Below, piece by piece: positions 9,808-20,035 of a stretch of DNA of 64,000 nt. The translations under genes were made by a program, and so were the position numbers. The notes under the pieces are model-generated. The model saw only the letters and a program-made list of their open reading frames with translations. It was not told the origin of the DNA and did not search any database. Each line of letters starts with the position of its first letter. Positions within the stretch are counted from its first letter, which is position 1. The DNA is from a virus: the IMG/VR virus record IMGVR_UViG_3300042301_004349, positions 107,172 through 171,171 of that record; one strand, written 5' to 3'.

Positions 9808-10905
9808 TTATTTACTATTTTCTTCTGCTAGTACTTCACGTACAATATTTTCTAATGTTGCTTTAAATTTATCAAAAGCAGCACCCACATCTACTTTACC
9901 AATTGGTCTTAATGGAGTTAAAATATAAGCAGTTGTTGGTAATCTATCATCATGTTCTTCTACATCTTCTTCAACATTAAATTGTAATTTGAATTTTTCT
10001 AAAAGAGTTGATGGTAATTTTGCCCAATAACTATATCTTAATACGGCTCTATTATTATCTGTACCAATATTTTGTAAAACAAATTTATCTGAGAATGGTT
10101 TTAGAGTGTCATTCATTTCAATGAATTTAGCTGCTTGTTTTACAGTGTCATTTGGTTCTTCACCAGGAAACATATTTAATTTAGTTTCTTGAAGATTATT
10201 TACAAAATCTCTACCTACATAATAGCTATCACCTTTTACTCTAATATAACCACCTTGAATAATTGGATTTTTTTCAATTTTTGCAGTTCCATATTCTTTT
10301 TCACGTGGGATTCTTGAACCAGCACCACTTTGTCTATATCTAGAATTAGGAATAATTACATAATCAATTTCAAAATATTCAGGAGTATTATCAATTACTT
10401 TAAATTCAATTGAAGATCCAGTATCACCCATATTCTGTCCAGTACCACCAAATACTTTATTGGCCCAGTCTAAATTTTCTTTAACAACCTTCATACCATT
10501 TTCTTTATCAACTAATTCACCTTTCTTTGGTGATTTAGGAGATTTAGTTTTAGCTTTCGCTTTTGGTCTTTCTTGATGAGAATCAATACCAGATAATTTC
10601 AATTGACTATAGTATGATGGATTTTCTTTTAAATGATCCATAGCAATTTTTTCTGCTTTTTTAGGATCATCTGTATGTTCCATTTCAACTTTAATACCCA
10701 TTGCTAATTCAACTGGATTGCACTGGTATTCTTGTTTTTTAACTTCAGATAAAATTCCTTTATTTTTTAGAATTTTAACTGAGTCATCAAATGATGTTAT
10801 ATTGTTAATGTATTGAGGAAAAGTCATACGAATAGCTCTCATGAAGTTAGCTTGAGATAAATTTCCTTCTAATAATTGGGTGTATTGATTTTGTATACTT
10901 TTCAT
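9808..10905 (-). CDS. Hypothetical modular head-associated protein
   Basis: Contains the common phage motif GIKVEMEHT...IAMDHLKENPSYY. Confidence 0.6.
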   Translation of the reverse strand: MKSIQNQYTQLLEGNLSQANFMRAIRMTFPQYINNITSFDDSVKILKNKGILSEVKKQEYQCNPVELAMGIKVEMEHTDDPKKAEKIAMDHLKENPSYYSQLKLSGIDSHQERPKAKAKTKSPKSPKKGELVDKENGMKVVKENLDWANKVFGGTGQNMGDTGSSIEFKVIDNTPEYFEIDYVIIPNSRYRQSGAGSRIPREKEYGTAKIEKNPIIQGGYIRVKGDSYYVGRDFVNNLQETKLNMFPGEEPNDTVKQAAKFIEMNDTLKPFSDKFVLQNIGTDNNRAVLRYSYWAKLPSTLLEKFKLQFNVEEDVEEHDDRLPTTAYILTPLRPIGKVDVGAAFDKFKATLENIVREVLAEENSK

Positions 10906-10918
10906 ATGTGTTTATATT

Positions 10919-11047
10919 TTATCTACCTTGTCCTCTATATTTTTTTGGTTTTTGTTCTGTTGGGCCATAACCTTTTTTTGCTTTACCCGTTGTTTTTTTA
11001 CCAAATGAAATCTTTTGAGAAGAAGATGATGATTTTGCCTTTGCCAT
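10919..11047 (-). CDS. Small basic 42-aa protein (not in ORF track)
   Basis: MAKAKSSSSSQKISFGKKTTGKAKKGYGPTEQKPKKYRGQGR; fills the gap and overlaps the upstream stop. Confidence 0.7.
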   Translation of the reverse strand: MAKAKSSSSSQKISFGKKTTGKAKKGYGPTEQKPKKYRGQGR

Positions 11048-12207
11048 TATTGGTTTAAGTTTTTAATTTTGTTATTAAGTTGATTAACCATTTCTGAGAT
11101 ATTAGCAACATTCTTTTGGGTTGCTTTCCAATATTTAATTCCTTCTTCCCCTTCACTTAATTCTTGTTTCATACGAGATGTATATTCAACAATACGATCA
11201 ATTTCAGCTAATTTACGTTTTACTTCACGGATAGCTTTATGTAATTGTTCAGATTTAGTTCTATATGTTACTTCTTTTTTGAACTTACCATAGGATACTT
11301 CATTAAGTACTCCTTGTTCAATAATATCGTTTAATTTCATTTCGTATATTTTTTTATAATCAAACATTTTTGAGTTTTTTGGTAGTGTTAAATCTGCTAC
11401 TGTCCAACCCATTTTCTTTAAAAATTTTACTGCTCTATTTTCACCTTTTTTCTTCCCAAAAGCACGAGGTGTAGCATAATTTTCACCTGATCCTGCACTA
11501 AAAGAAGCACCACTACCAGTTACATTTTCCTCGTTCATTATTTCACGAGCGTATGCTTTAATAGCTGATTTTAATGCTGCTCTTTTTTCTTCATCTAGTC
11601 CTTCTCTTCTTATTAAATTTATATTTTGTGTAAAAAGTTGGGTATGAGATTTAAATATATCAATAGTTGATTTCATTACTTTATAAAGTATTTCAACCCC
11701 TTTGATAATTGGTTGTATCCATCCTAAATAAGAACTCCAATCTGTAAAGGTAGAAATAAGCTTGTCTAACCCTGCTTCAGATATATATTTTTTAATAAAA
11801 TCTTCAATTGAAGTTGGTATAACACTACGCATCTTATCTATCACATATGTAGCAATAGATGCAATTCCTGTAGCTGCTAAAAGTTTCTTCCACCCTTCAA
11901 GACTAGTAATTCGAGCTACTATATCATTGATAGAAGTAACTAAATTATTTAATCCTTTTTCATTTAAAAAGTTTGTTAAGAGTCTTAATGTGCCTGTTCT
12001 AAATCTATACCAAATATCATCTGCAAAACGATGTAATATTCTTGAATTTTGGATTACCTGCCACATAACAGCAGCAGCATCTTTCCAATCATTAATTTTA
12101 GTAATTACATCATCATATTTGTCTTGAGCATATGCTTTCACACTATCCAAGAATGCTTCTTGTAATAGTTGTTCTTGTAAAAGTTTATTTTCTATGCTCA
12201 ATTCCAT
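11047..12207 (-). CDS. Hypothetical modular head-associated protein
   Basis: 386 aa with apparent three-module structure and an internal MKLNDIIE. Confidence 0.6.
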   Translation of the reverse strand: MELSIENKLLQEQLLQEAFLDSVKAYAQDKYDDVITKINDWKDAAAVMWQVIQNSRILHRFADDIWYRFRTGTLRLLTNFLNEKGLNNLVTSINDIVARITSLEGWKKLLAATGIASIATYVIDKMRSVIPTSIEDFIKKYISEAGLDKLISTFTDWSSYLGWIQPIIKGVEILYKVMKSTIDIFKSHTQLFTQNINLIRREGLDEEKRAALKSAIKAYAREIMNEENVTGSGASFSAGSGENYATPRAFGKKKGENRAVKFLKKMGWTVADLTLPKNSKMFDYKKIYEMKLNDIIEQGVLNEVSYGKFKKEVTYRTKSEQLHKAIREVKRKLAEIDRIVEYTSRMKQELSEGEEGIKYWKATQKNVANISEMVNQLNNKIKNLNQ

Positions 12208-12899
12208 TATTTGTATCCTAACTTAGTTAATACTTTTTCAACTTCGCTACGTACAGTAGATTTACTAATTTTACCTGGTTCAAATCCTAAAGTTTTAAAC
12301 CAAGCTTCAAAAGCTCCAGGAAATTCCTGAATGCTGTTAATATTTTTGGATTTATTAGCTACAGTAGTTGCAGATGATTGAGCTCTATTTAAAGCAGCAA
12401 CATCTGAAGGTATGTTAGATGATTTTTCAGGAGCTGTTGCTTCTTCATTTAAATTCTTACCTAACTCATCTACTATTTGATAAACAATAGATTGTTGTGC
12501 TTTTAAATATCCTGCTTCTGCTTCAACAGCCTCATCATATCCTCTATATGTGCTTCCCTCTTGTCTACCTATAATAAGAGAAAGACCATTTGGTTGAATA
12601 CTAATAGTGCTTTGAGTACTGTTTTTATCAGCTGTATTTACTCCTTTTGATAATGAACTGTTTCTATTACCAGCAAATTCTTTTGCTAATTCTACTAATG
12701 CTTTAGCTTCTTCAGTAGAAAGAGTTACTTCATTCTCACTCCAACCACCACCTAATACACTAAGGGTTATTTGATTATTACCCTCTTTACTAGTACCTTT
12801 TTGAATATTTAAAGTATCAACAGCTTCGTCTAGTTTAGATTCAGTTATTAAACCAGCTAATTGCTGCATTCTTCTAATTTCGTTAATTTGTGTTTTCAT
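12207..12899 (-). CDS. Hypothetical protein, putative head cargo
   Basis: N-terminal INEIRRMQQLAGLITE. Confidence 0.6.
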   Translation of the reverse strand: MKTQINEIRRMQQLAGLITESKLDEAVDTLNIQKGTSKEGNNQITLSVLGGGWSENEVTLSTEEAKALVELAKEFAGNRNSSLSKGVNTADKNSTQSTISIQPNGLSLIIGRQEGSTYRGYDEAVEAEAGYLKAQQSIVYQIVDELGKNLNEEATAPEKSSNIPSDVAALNRAQSSATTVANKSKNINSIQEFPGAFEAWFKTLGFEPGKISKSTVRSEVEKVLTKLGYK

Positions 12900-12900
12900 T

Positions 12901-13755
12901 TTATTTAACAGATTTTAATTCGGCTACTAATTGATGATAAGTTAAAAGTGTAATGATGTCTTCATCTTTTACACTTTGATTTTTGTCTAAAGGTTTAATT
13001 AAATTAACTACTTCATTGATTTTAATCTTGATAGTATTATCTTCAACCTTTTCAACTAATTTAATTAATTGTTTTTTAATTCCGTCTATGTTGTTATTAA
13101 CAAAATCTTTTAATTTTGTAGTACTAGACACGTTATTGATAAATTCTTTTAGTACTAATTTTTGATCATTAGTTAAATCGCCATATTTCTCATTGAATTT
13201 TTCAATAAGCATTTTGTAAGCTAAAATACGAGTGCTCTTATCCATTGCACTATATTCTTCCATTACACGGTCCTTAACTTCTTCTTTATTTATCTCTTTA
13301 CGAGTAATATGCTCAAGTAAAGTTACTTTATTATCAATAACATTAGCTGGGTCTACAAATTCTAATGTAGAATAAGCTTCCATTAGTGTATAAACAGCAG
13401 CGTGTTGTTTGTAGTTATTTACTTTTGCTTTGAAGAATTCTTCTAAATTATAGTGTGACTTAATTTCTTTAATTAAGTTATACTTTTCTTTACGAAGAGC
13501 CGTACGATTTAAACGGGAATGAATTTCTAAGGTAGTATTAATTAGCGATTCAGCTTTACCTTCAGAAATAGCTTTATTAGCAGTTAATGTTTGGTATAAT
13601 TTATATTCCTTAGCTAATTCAGATTTGCTAAAATACTTTTTAATTAATGGTAAAGATGCGGAATCCTTACCAGAAATAGTGTCGGATGTTACTTGTCTCA
13701 ATAAGAGTTCAAATAAAATTCCAGTATTTTTGTATTTGTTATGTTTTATTTTCAT
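12901..13755 (-). CDS. Hypothetical helical protein in the head module
   Basis: 284 aa directly downstream of portal; late motif at 13777. Confidence 0.65.
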   Translation of the reverse strand: MKIKHNKYKNTGILFELLLRQVTSDTISGKDSASLPLIKKYFSKSELAKEYKLYQTLTANKAISEGKAESLINTTLEIHSRLNRTALRKEKYNLIKEIKSHYNLEEFFKAKVNNYKQHAAVYTLMEAYSTLEFVDPANVIDNKVTLLEHITRKEINKEEVKDRVMEEYSAMDKSTRILAYKMLIEKFNEKYGDLTNDQKLVLKEFINNVSSTTKLKDFVNNNIDGIKKQLIKLVEKVEDNTIKIKINEVVNLIKPLDKNQSVKDEDIITLLTYHQLVAELKSVK

Positions 13756-13786
13756 AAAAAGTATATAATCACTGCGTATAAATATG

Positions 13787-15649
13787 TTATTTTTCTATAC
13801 CCTTGATGTTATCTTCATTTAATAAATTAGATTCTACAGGTTTTGTATTCTCGTATAATGTTATCTTTTTCTGTTCAGCAGCTTCTTTAGCTTTTTTCAA
13901 TTCAGATAATGCTAGTGGTGAACCACCCTTATACGCTGTTTGCATTGGGTTTTTATCCTGGTTAGCAGTCATATTGTATTCCTTACTACCAATTGGGTCT
14001 TTACCAAATGAACTTTTCTGAGTGCCGAATATAGATGCTTTTTGTGTTGGGCGACCAACTGGATCTTTTTCATCATATCCTATTGGTACAGCACCTTGTC
14101 CACTTCTACCCTTACCATATAGTGAAGCTAAGTCATGTGGTGTACCGAATGATCTACCTGTTTTAGCTGGGTCATTACCTTCATTTTCAACTTGTTGAAG
14201 TCTAAATGCACGTTTTTTATCCTCTAATACTAAATCACGATATTCATCTATTTGATCATCACTAAATTGGAATATTCTATCGTATATAAAATCAGATGGG
14301 ATAATACCTGTATCAAGAGCATCTTTAGCTAATGATACTTTTTCCTTCCACATTGCTACCTGTTCTTGTTGGTAGATGATTGAAGGAGGTGTTAATGATA
14401 ATTCAAAGCTTGTTAATGAATCACCATCAAATCCTTGTGTATATAAGTGTACTAATGCAATTTTATGCAATTCAGATACAATTACTTTTTGGATACGTTC
14501 AATTGTACGAGCAAATCGAATATCTTCAGCAGCTAATGTAGCCTTACCAGTTAAATCTTTTTCAAATCCAAAGAATGCTTTAGGTACCTTAAGAGCAGCT
14601 AACATTTCATCACGTAAGAAGTTTACATCCTCAATACCGTTGTATTCTAAACCTTTTAAGGTATCAATTTTAGTATTTTGGTTTGCACCCCTAACTGGTA
14701 TAATAAAATCTTCAAGTGAATTTTGAATATTGAAACGTAAATTATATTCACCTGTTTGAGCATCCATGAATGGAGTCTTCTTCATTTTATTGGTGATACG
14801 CTCCATGTAGTTATCAACTTCATGAGCTGGTATTCCACCTACGTCTACATAAAAAATACGTTTTTCTGGAGATCTCATAATACGATGTATTAACATCGCA
14901 TCTTTCATTAATGTATATTGCTTGTAAACCTTACGAGCTGGTTCAATAAATGAACGTCCATAAGGAAGATAATTAGCATCAGCATATAATCTAAAGTGAG
15001 CAACTTCATAGTTTTCAAAGCGCTTCTTCATATTACTTTTATCCATATGAAGCGTACTTGCTAATGCATTTGGATCATATTCATAATAAACCTCAAATGG
15101 GTTTTCAGGATTTAAACCTTCTCTTCTAGCTAACTCATATGATGATAAAGGCATAACATTATATACCCCCATTTCACTATTAATTTCTAAGAATAAGTAA
15201 AAATCACCGTATTTACACATTTGGCGAGTCCAGGGCCAAAGATTAAATTCGATATTTAATATATCATAAAATAAATTATAAAGTACTCTTTGTACTTTTT
15301 CATCTGAAGAACGTATTTGTAATACTTCTCCAGCTTCATTTTTTAATGTAGTTTCATCAGCAACAATATCAAGAGCAGAAGCAATAATCGATTCTGAATC
15401 CATTGCTTCGTAATCATTGTATAATTGTGTTCTTAATGTCTGATAGTTAATAGCAGGATTGAACATAGCTGACATGCTAGTTCTATGTAAACGTGTAAAA
15501 CGGTCTACTAAGCTATTTGTTTGTACACTTCCATAGGCTTGAACACGATCCGTGTCTACCACTTTTAATTGATTTCCACCAATGTTTCTTACGATAACAT
15601 CAGTTGAAAATAATCTTCTTAGCCTTGAAAATAAATCTGTATTAGCCAT
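13787..15649 (-). CDS. gp20: Portal protein (T4 gp20-like)
   Basis: DAMLIHRIMRSPEKRIFYVDVG, EDFIIPVRG, TKIDTLKG and AALKVPK motifs. Confidence 0.93.
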   Translation of the reverse strand: MANTDLFSRLRRLFSTDVIVRNIGGNQLKVVDTDRVQAYGSVQTNSLVDRFTRLHRTSMSAMFNPAINYQTLRTQLYNDYEAMDSESIIASALDIVADETTLKNEAGEVLQIRSSDEKVQRVLYNLFYDILNIEFNLWPWTRQMCKYGDFYLFLEINSEMGVYNVMPLSSYELARREGLNPENPFEVYYEYDPNALASTLHMDKSNMKKRFENYEVAHFRLYADANYLPYGRSFIEPARKVYKQYTLMKDAMLIHRIMRSPEKRIFYVDVGGIPAHEVDNYMERITNKMKKTPFMDAQTGEYNLRFNIQNSLEDFIIPVRGANQNTKIDTLKGLEYNGIEDVNFLRDEMLAALKVPKAFFGFEKDLTGKATLAAEDIRFARTIERIQKVIVSELHKIALVHLYTQGFDGDSLTSFELSLTPPSIIYQQEQVAMWKEKVSLAKDALDTGIIPSDFIYDRIFQFSDDQIDEYRDLVLEDKKRAFRLQQVENEGNDPAKTGRSFGTPHDLASLYGKGRSGQGAVPIGYDEKDPVGRPTQKASIFGTQKSSFGKDPIGSKEYNMTANQDKNPMQTAYKGGSPLALSELKKAKEAAEQKKITLYENTKPVESNLLNEDNIKGIEK

Positions 15650-15682
15650 TTGCTTATTTTAGTATGTATAATAATAAATATT

Positions 15683-17260
15683 CTAACCCAACAACCATCG
15701 TGTATCTTCTACATTTCCACGACCATCATCTATTTTGTATGGGTTGCCACCAGATATCCACTGCCCACCCCCATACATTTGATCTCCAGTTTTTCTAAAG
15801 TTTAATAAACTAGAAACCGCTAAATCACGACCTATTTGCGCAAATCTGGATGCTGTGTCTCTAATAAACAGACCCATTGATAATGATAATACTAAATCAT
15901 CATTGTACCCATTTTGTGCTTGTCCCTTACCGTGCATCCATATAAACACTCTTAATTCTTCAAGTAAGCGTTTCGAATGAAAGGTAAATGATTTGTCTCG
16001 AAGGTACGACTCCATTTTTGAGATAACAAGTGGTCTTGTCTTTGCTGATGTAGTAAATCCAGGAACTGTTTGCCCTGAGTCTAATTTTGATAGATATTTG
16101 TCAGCACTTAATTCACCATATGAACGAGGTGAATAGTATAAATTAGCGTATTCACGGTCTATAATAGTATTTACAACATCCCAACCAATATTAGCATTTT
16201 CCACCACTAAAAGCGCATTATTATATTCAGTAGCAACTGATACTAACATGTTTCCATATTCACGTGTGCCTATTTGAGATTTAAATTCAGCCACTTGTTG
16301 ACATGCTTCAAGATCAATAACTTGGAATGCAGAATAGTCACTTCCATCACCTCGGGCCACGTCAGCCGATACAATATAATTTTTATTATAATCCGGGTAT
16401 TGCCATATCCAAAAATCACCACCCATGAATCGACGTTCAACAGGGTCCATTATAAACCCATCATAATATTCTAATGTTTCTGGGTCAATTACTGTTGCTC
16501 CAGATCCTAAAAAGTCACAATCATATTCCTGCGCGAAATCTCTTGCAGTCATATTTTCTTTTTCATTCTTAACCCAAGCAGCATCTCTATCAGGGTGAAC
16601 ATCCCATTTTAGTTGGATAGGAACAAAACTATTTTTACTTAATTCTGCTTCAACCCAAGTTTTATGGAACCAGTTACCTACACCGTTTGGTGAAGATAAT
16701 GCTACGCAACCACCCCCTGTTGAAATGGTAGGTTTAATCGCGGTATAAATTTTATCAATACCTTCAATAAAGGCGGCCTCATCCATAATCAACCAAGATA
16801 CAGCAAATGAACGACCAGCATCACTAGAGGCTGATGTTGCTTTAATAAATGATCCGTTTGATAATTTTAATGAGGTTTGGTTTGATGCTACTGGTTTAGA
16901 ACCTTTTAACCATGATGGTAAGTTATTATACATGAATTGAACTTTCTCAACCATGTTTTGTGCAGTAAGTTGCTTAGTAGCAATACACAATATTGCTTTG
17001 TCTTTATGGAATAACATTAACCACAAAGCATAACCAGCACATAATGTAGAAATACCTAACTGACGAGACTTATTAATAATATTGTAATCGTTTGCTCGAA
17101 ATGATTTTAATACATCTTCCTGGAAAGGGTATAGATGGAATAAAATTCTGCCTTTAATTGGGTGGGTAATGAAACAATATTTTCTAAAGAAATGGACAGG
17201 ATCAGAAGCACATTTAATGTATTCCTGTTTAATTATATCTTTTATATTTTGATCACTCAT
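15683..17260 (-). CDS. gp17: Terminase large subunit (T4 gp17-like)
   Basis: KSRQLGIST Walker A, DEAAF Walker B, SSPNG, DVARGDGSDYS and NDDLV motifs. Confidence 0.95.
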   Translation of the reverse strand: MSDQNIKDIIKQEYIKCASDPVHFFRKYCFITHPIKGRILFHLYPFQEDVLKSFRANDYNIINKSRQLGISTLCAGYALWLMLFHKDKAILCIATKQLTAQNMVEKVQFMYNNLPSWLKGSKPVASNQTSLKLSNGSFIKATSASSDAGRSFAVSWLIMDEAAFIEGIDKIYTAIKPTISTGGGCVALSSPNGVGNWFHKTWVEAELSKNSFVPIQLKWDVHPDRDAAWVKNEKENMTARDFAQEYDCDFLGSGATVIDPETLEYYDGFIMDPVERRFMGGDFWIWQYPDYNKNYIVSADVARGDGSDYSAFQVIDLEACQQVAEFKSQIGTREYGNMLVSVATEYNNALLVVENANIGWDVVNTIIDREYANLYYSPRSYGELSADKYLSKLDSGQTVPGFTTSAKTRPLVISKMESYLRDKSFTFHSKRLLEELRVFIWMHGKGQAQNGYNDDLVLSLSMGLFIRDTASRFAQIGRDLAVSSLLNFRKTGDQMYGGGQWISGGNPYKIDDGRGNVEDTRWLLG

Positions 17261-17286
17261 ATATTAATTGTTGTATATAAATATAT

Positions 17287-17313
17287 AAAAGAAACCCCAA
17301 CTTACGTTGGGGT
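17287..17313 (-). terminator. Rho-independent terminator upstream of terminase
   Basis: ACCCCAAC-GTAA-GTTGGGGT followed by TTCTTTT. Confidence 0.8.
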
Positions 17314-17345
17314 CGGTCCTACAAGACTATTGTAGGAGGGGAGCT
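17287..17345 (-). ncRNA. Candidate late small RNA: two hairpins ending in a terminator
   Basis: Late-like motif at 17348-17355, then an 8-bp hairpin, then a GUAA-loop hairpin with U-tail. Confidence 0.35.
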
Positions 17346-17356
17346 TTTATAAATAA

Positions 17357-18052
17357 TTATTTTACTAACATTAAGTAACCTAAACCTCCGATTACTATAT
17401 AACTTCCTATACGTTGGAATTTAGATTTTACTTTTAATTTCTTTAATTGTAAATCTATTTGATTGTATTGATCTTCCCAACCTGCAATTTCTTTATCTTT
17501 ATTGATTAAGATTGTTTTATACTTATTTTCTTTATTTTCAAAACCAGTAATAATATTATCTTTAATAACTACTTTTGCTTCTAATGTAGAAATAGTACTA
17601 TCTTTCAATATAATAATTTCTTTAGTTCCATCTAATTCTACTAAATCTTTAGCAGCAGCAACTAATACTGGTTGGGCTACTGGTAGTGGGTTAGTAATTG
17701 TGTCTTTAGGATAACGAGTGTTAAATGAACTAACTAATTCGTGTTCTGTAAACGTATCAACTTTGTTTTTTTCTACCTCAATAGTTTCAACAATTTTAAT
17801 TACTTTTGTCTTTTGGTGTTCTATATTATATGTTAATACTTCACTAACTTCATTTAACGAATCAATGACAGCATCATCTTTTTTAATTTCAGCAAATAAT
17901 GAATCATTTACTTTATGTAAACTATCCATTTCAACTAGAAATGCTTTGTGATCAGCATTGCTACTACACTTTTCGAACAATACACCACCTATTGCTATAA
18001 TAGCTACTACTATAATAACTTTTGGTAACCATTTTTTAACTAATAACATCAT
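17357..18052 (-). CDS. Membrane-anchored coiled-coil protein, possible spanin
   Basis: N-terminal hydrophobic helix followed by Cys, long coiled coil, C-terminal hydrophobic helix. Confidence 0.45.
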   Translation of the reverse strand: MMLLVKKWLPKVIIVVAIIAIGGVLFEKCSSNADHKAFLVEMDSLHKVNDSLFAEIKKDDAVIDSLNEVSEVLTYNIEHQKTKVIKIVETIEVEKNKVDTFTEHELVSSFNTRYPKDTITNPLPVAQPVLVAAAKDLVELDGTKEIIILKDSTISTLEAKVVIKDNIITGFENKENKYKTILINKDKEIAGWEDQYNQIDLQLKKLKVKSKFQRIGSYIVIGGLGYLMLVK

Positions 18053-18056
18053 ATCT

Positions 18057-19217
18057 TTATTTTTTTATTCCTGCGTAATATTGCATTCTGTGTTTAAATG
18101 CACTTTCATTTAAATTATCCATTTCATCTTCATCCTCAAGTGGATTTTCGATTGGTGGTGTTGGGATGTATTCTTTACCTGCTTTTTTAGCAATATCTTT
18201 TTGCAAATATTCTGATTTAGCAACTAAAGCATCAATTCTTTGTTCTAAGCTTGCTTTTAAGTCAGTTAAACCCTTAATTTCTCTAGCGGTACTACCTACG
18301 TCATTAATGTCGCCAGGTGTACTTCTATATCTTTTAGTTTTTAATAGATTAGATTTAACACTTCTTAAACGATCAGATAATTTTGAATATTCCATCCAAT
18401 CTTGATAATCTTCATCTGAAATAGTTGATGCAGATTTTGATTTTGTTGCTGTTGCCATTTCAGGTTCTGGTTCTTCTCCTGATGCTTTTGCTGCTGCAAA
18501 TGCTGCTTCTACTTCTTCATCTGACATATCTTCTTGTCCTGATATTCCTAGTGATGTTAACTCACGTGGAGTGAACATATTGCCTAAGTCTCTTCTACCT
18601 CTTGGGTTATAAAATAATTCCTCATCCCCCGTTGCTGTTGCAGACGGAGCTGCAGCTGGTCTTGGATTTGTTAGACGAGGTGCTGCTTGTTCAGATGATG
18701 AAACAATAACACCAGCATCAACTAATTCCATAAAATCTTTATTGATTGGGTTTTGTTTGTTGTAACCCATATCACCAGCTACGTTCATTTTTGATACTGC
18801 TGATCCTGCTGCTTGAAGAGCGGCTAATATTTTAGCTTTTTTACCTGAGAATCCTGCAATTTGCTCATCAGTAACATCATCTGATAGTTGATAACGAACA
18901 CCAACATTTGCCATTTCATCCAATTCTGTTGAAGACATACCTGGTTTAGATAGTTTATTAACTCTAATTTGAGCTGCTTGCATATTTTTATTAATAGCAT
19001 TTATTTCAGCATCCTTTCCAGGTTTGTCTGCTGGGGCTACTTGTTGGGTACTTAATTCTTGTCTTTTCTTATTAAGTGCGGCCAATTGTGCTTTTTCAGC
19101 AGCCAATGCCATATCTTGTGCTTTTTTATCCTCAGCAGCACCTTCTTCAATTACTTCAAGTAATGCTTCACGGATAATATCTTGCAGTTCAGATTTTTTC
19201 ATAGTATCGTTATTCAT
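18057..19217 (-). CDS. Hypothetical protein, putative head cargo (start corrected)
   Basis: Late motif at 19229; N-terminal ELQDIIREALLE and C-terminal RMQYYAGI. Confidence 0.6.
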   Translation of the reverse strand: MNNDTMKKSELQDIIREALLEVIEEGAAEDKKAQDMALAAEKAQLAALNKKRQELSTQQVAPADKPGKDAEINAINKNMQAAQIRVNKLSKPGMSSTELDEMANVGVRYQLSDDVTDEQIAGFSGKKAKILAALQAAGSAVSKMNVAGDMGYNKQNPINKDFMELVDAGVIVSSSEQAAPRLTNPRPAAAPSATATGDEELFYNPRGRRDLGNMFTPRELTSLGISGQEDMSDEEVEAAFAAAKASGEEPEPEMATATKSKSASTISDEDYQDWMEYSKLSDRLRSVKSNLLKTKRYRSTPGDINDVGSTAREIKGLTDLKASLEQRIDALVAKSEYLQKDIAKKAGKEYIPTPPIENPLEDEDEMDNLNESAFKHRMQYYAGIKK

Positions 19218-19236
19218 AATTTTATACGTATAAATA

Positions 19237-19755
19237 TTAAAGATTTTGTAAAATTGTAGCGATACGTTCTTCTGTTGTACCTTCAACCTTAATTAATTTA
19301 TTAGGTTTATATTCATCTAATGATAATTGTATAGCTACATCTATTTTTCTACGATATTCTAAATCAGTTTCACGAATACCATTATCTTCCATTTCAACGC
19401 CATTGGGAGATACATAAATAACCAAATCATAATAACCACGAAGATGCATAGCTGCTTCAACAAATGAACGTTTTTCCCAACCACCAATAGTTTTTGATGA
19501 TAAAGTAAACGAACACACATCCCATATTGTACGATCTGTAATAATCTTAGGTTGTAATAATTCACTAGCACGTTCTGCTAGAAATATAAATTGTCCTGGT
19601 AGTATAGAATCTGTATTCAAAGGAATACCTAATCCGCTAAGATATTTACTACGTTCAGTTTGAATAATATAGTCTTTAAATTGTTCTACCTCACCCAATG
19701 CTTTGGCTAATGTAGTTTTACCTACAGACATTGTTCCTGCTAATCCTATTCTCAT
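19237..19755 (-). CDS. P-loop nucleoside/nucleotide kinase (NadR/AAA_28-like)
   Basis: GTMSVGKTT, ITDRT, YDLVIY and EDNGIRE motifs. Confidence 0.7.
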   Translation of the reverse strand: MRIGLAGTMSVGKTTLAKALGEVEQFKDYIIQTERSKYLSGLGIPLNTDSILPGQFIFLAERASELLQPKIITDRTIWDVCSFTLSSKTIGGWEKRSFVEAAMHLRGYYDLVIYVSPNGVEMEDNGIRETDLEYRRKIDVAIQLSLDEYKPNKLIKVEGTTEERIATILQNL

Positions 19756-20009
19756 TTTTTATTCCTTTCGTTTATTTTTTTCATCTGACGCGCTACTTTT
19801 TTCTGTTGCAGTGCTTCTTTAACCTGTTGTTTTATACGCTTCTCAGCACCTGGTTTATATTTGATATCTACCTCAATAGGTCCTTTATCAAATTTATCCA
19901 AATCATACTTCCATGTTTCGATAGTGTTATCATCCTCGTAAACTCTGTTGAATTTACGAGGTTGATCTACTGGTTGTGTTTCTTTAGGTCTACCTCTTCT
20001 TTCTTCCAT
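19752..20009 (-). CDS. Hypothetical protein with N-terminal AT-hook-like RRGRP
   Basis: 85 aa; early-type promoter at 20013-20036. Confidence 0.6.
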   Translation of the reverse strand: MEERRGRPKETQPVDQPRKFNRVYEDDNTIETWKYDLDKFDKGPIEVDIKYKPGAEKRIKQQVKEALQQKKVARQMKKINERNKK

Positions 20010-20035
20010 ACTTAAATATATGAATTGAATCTTGC

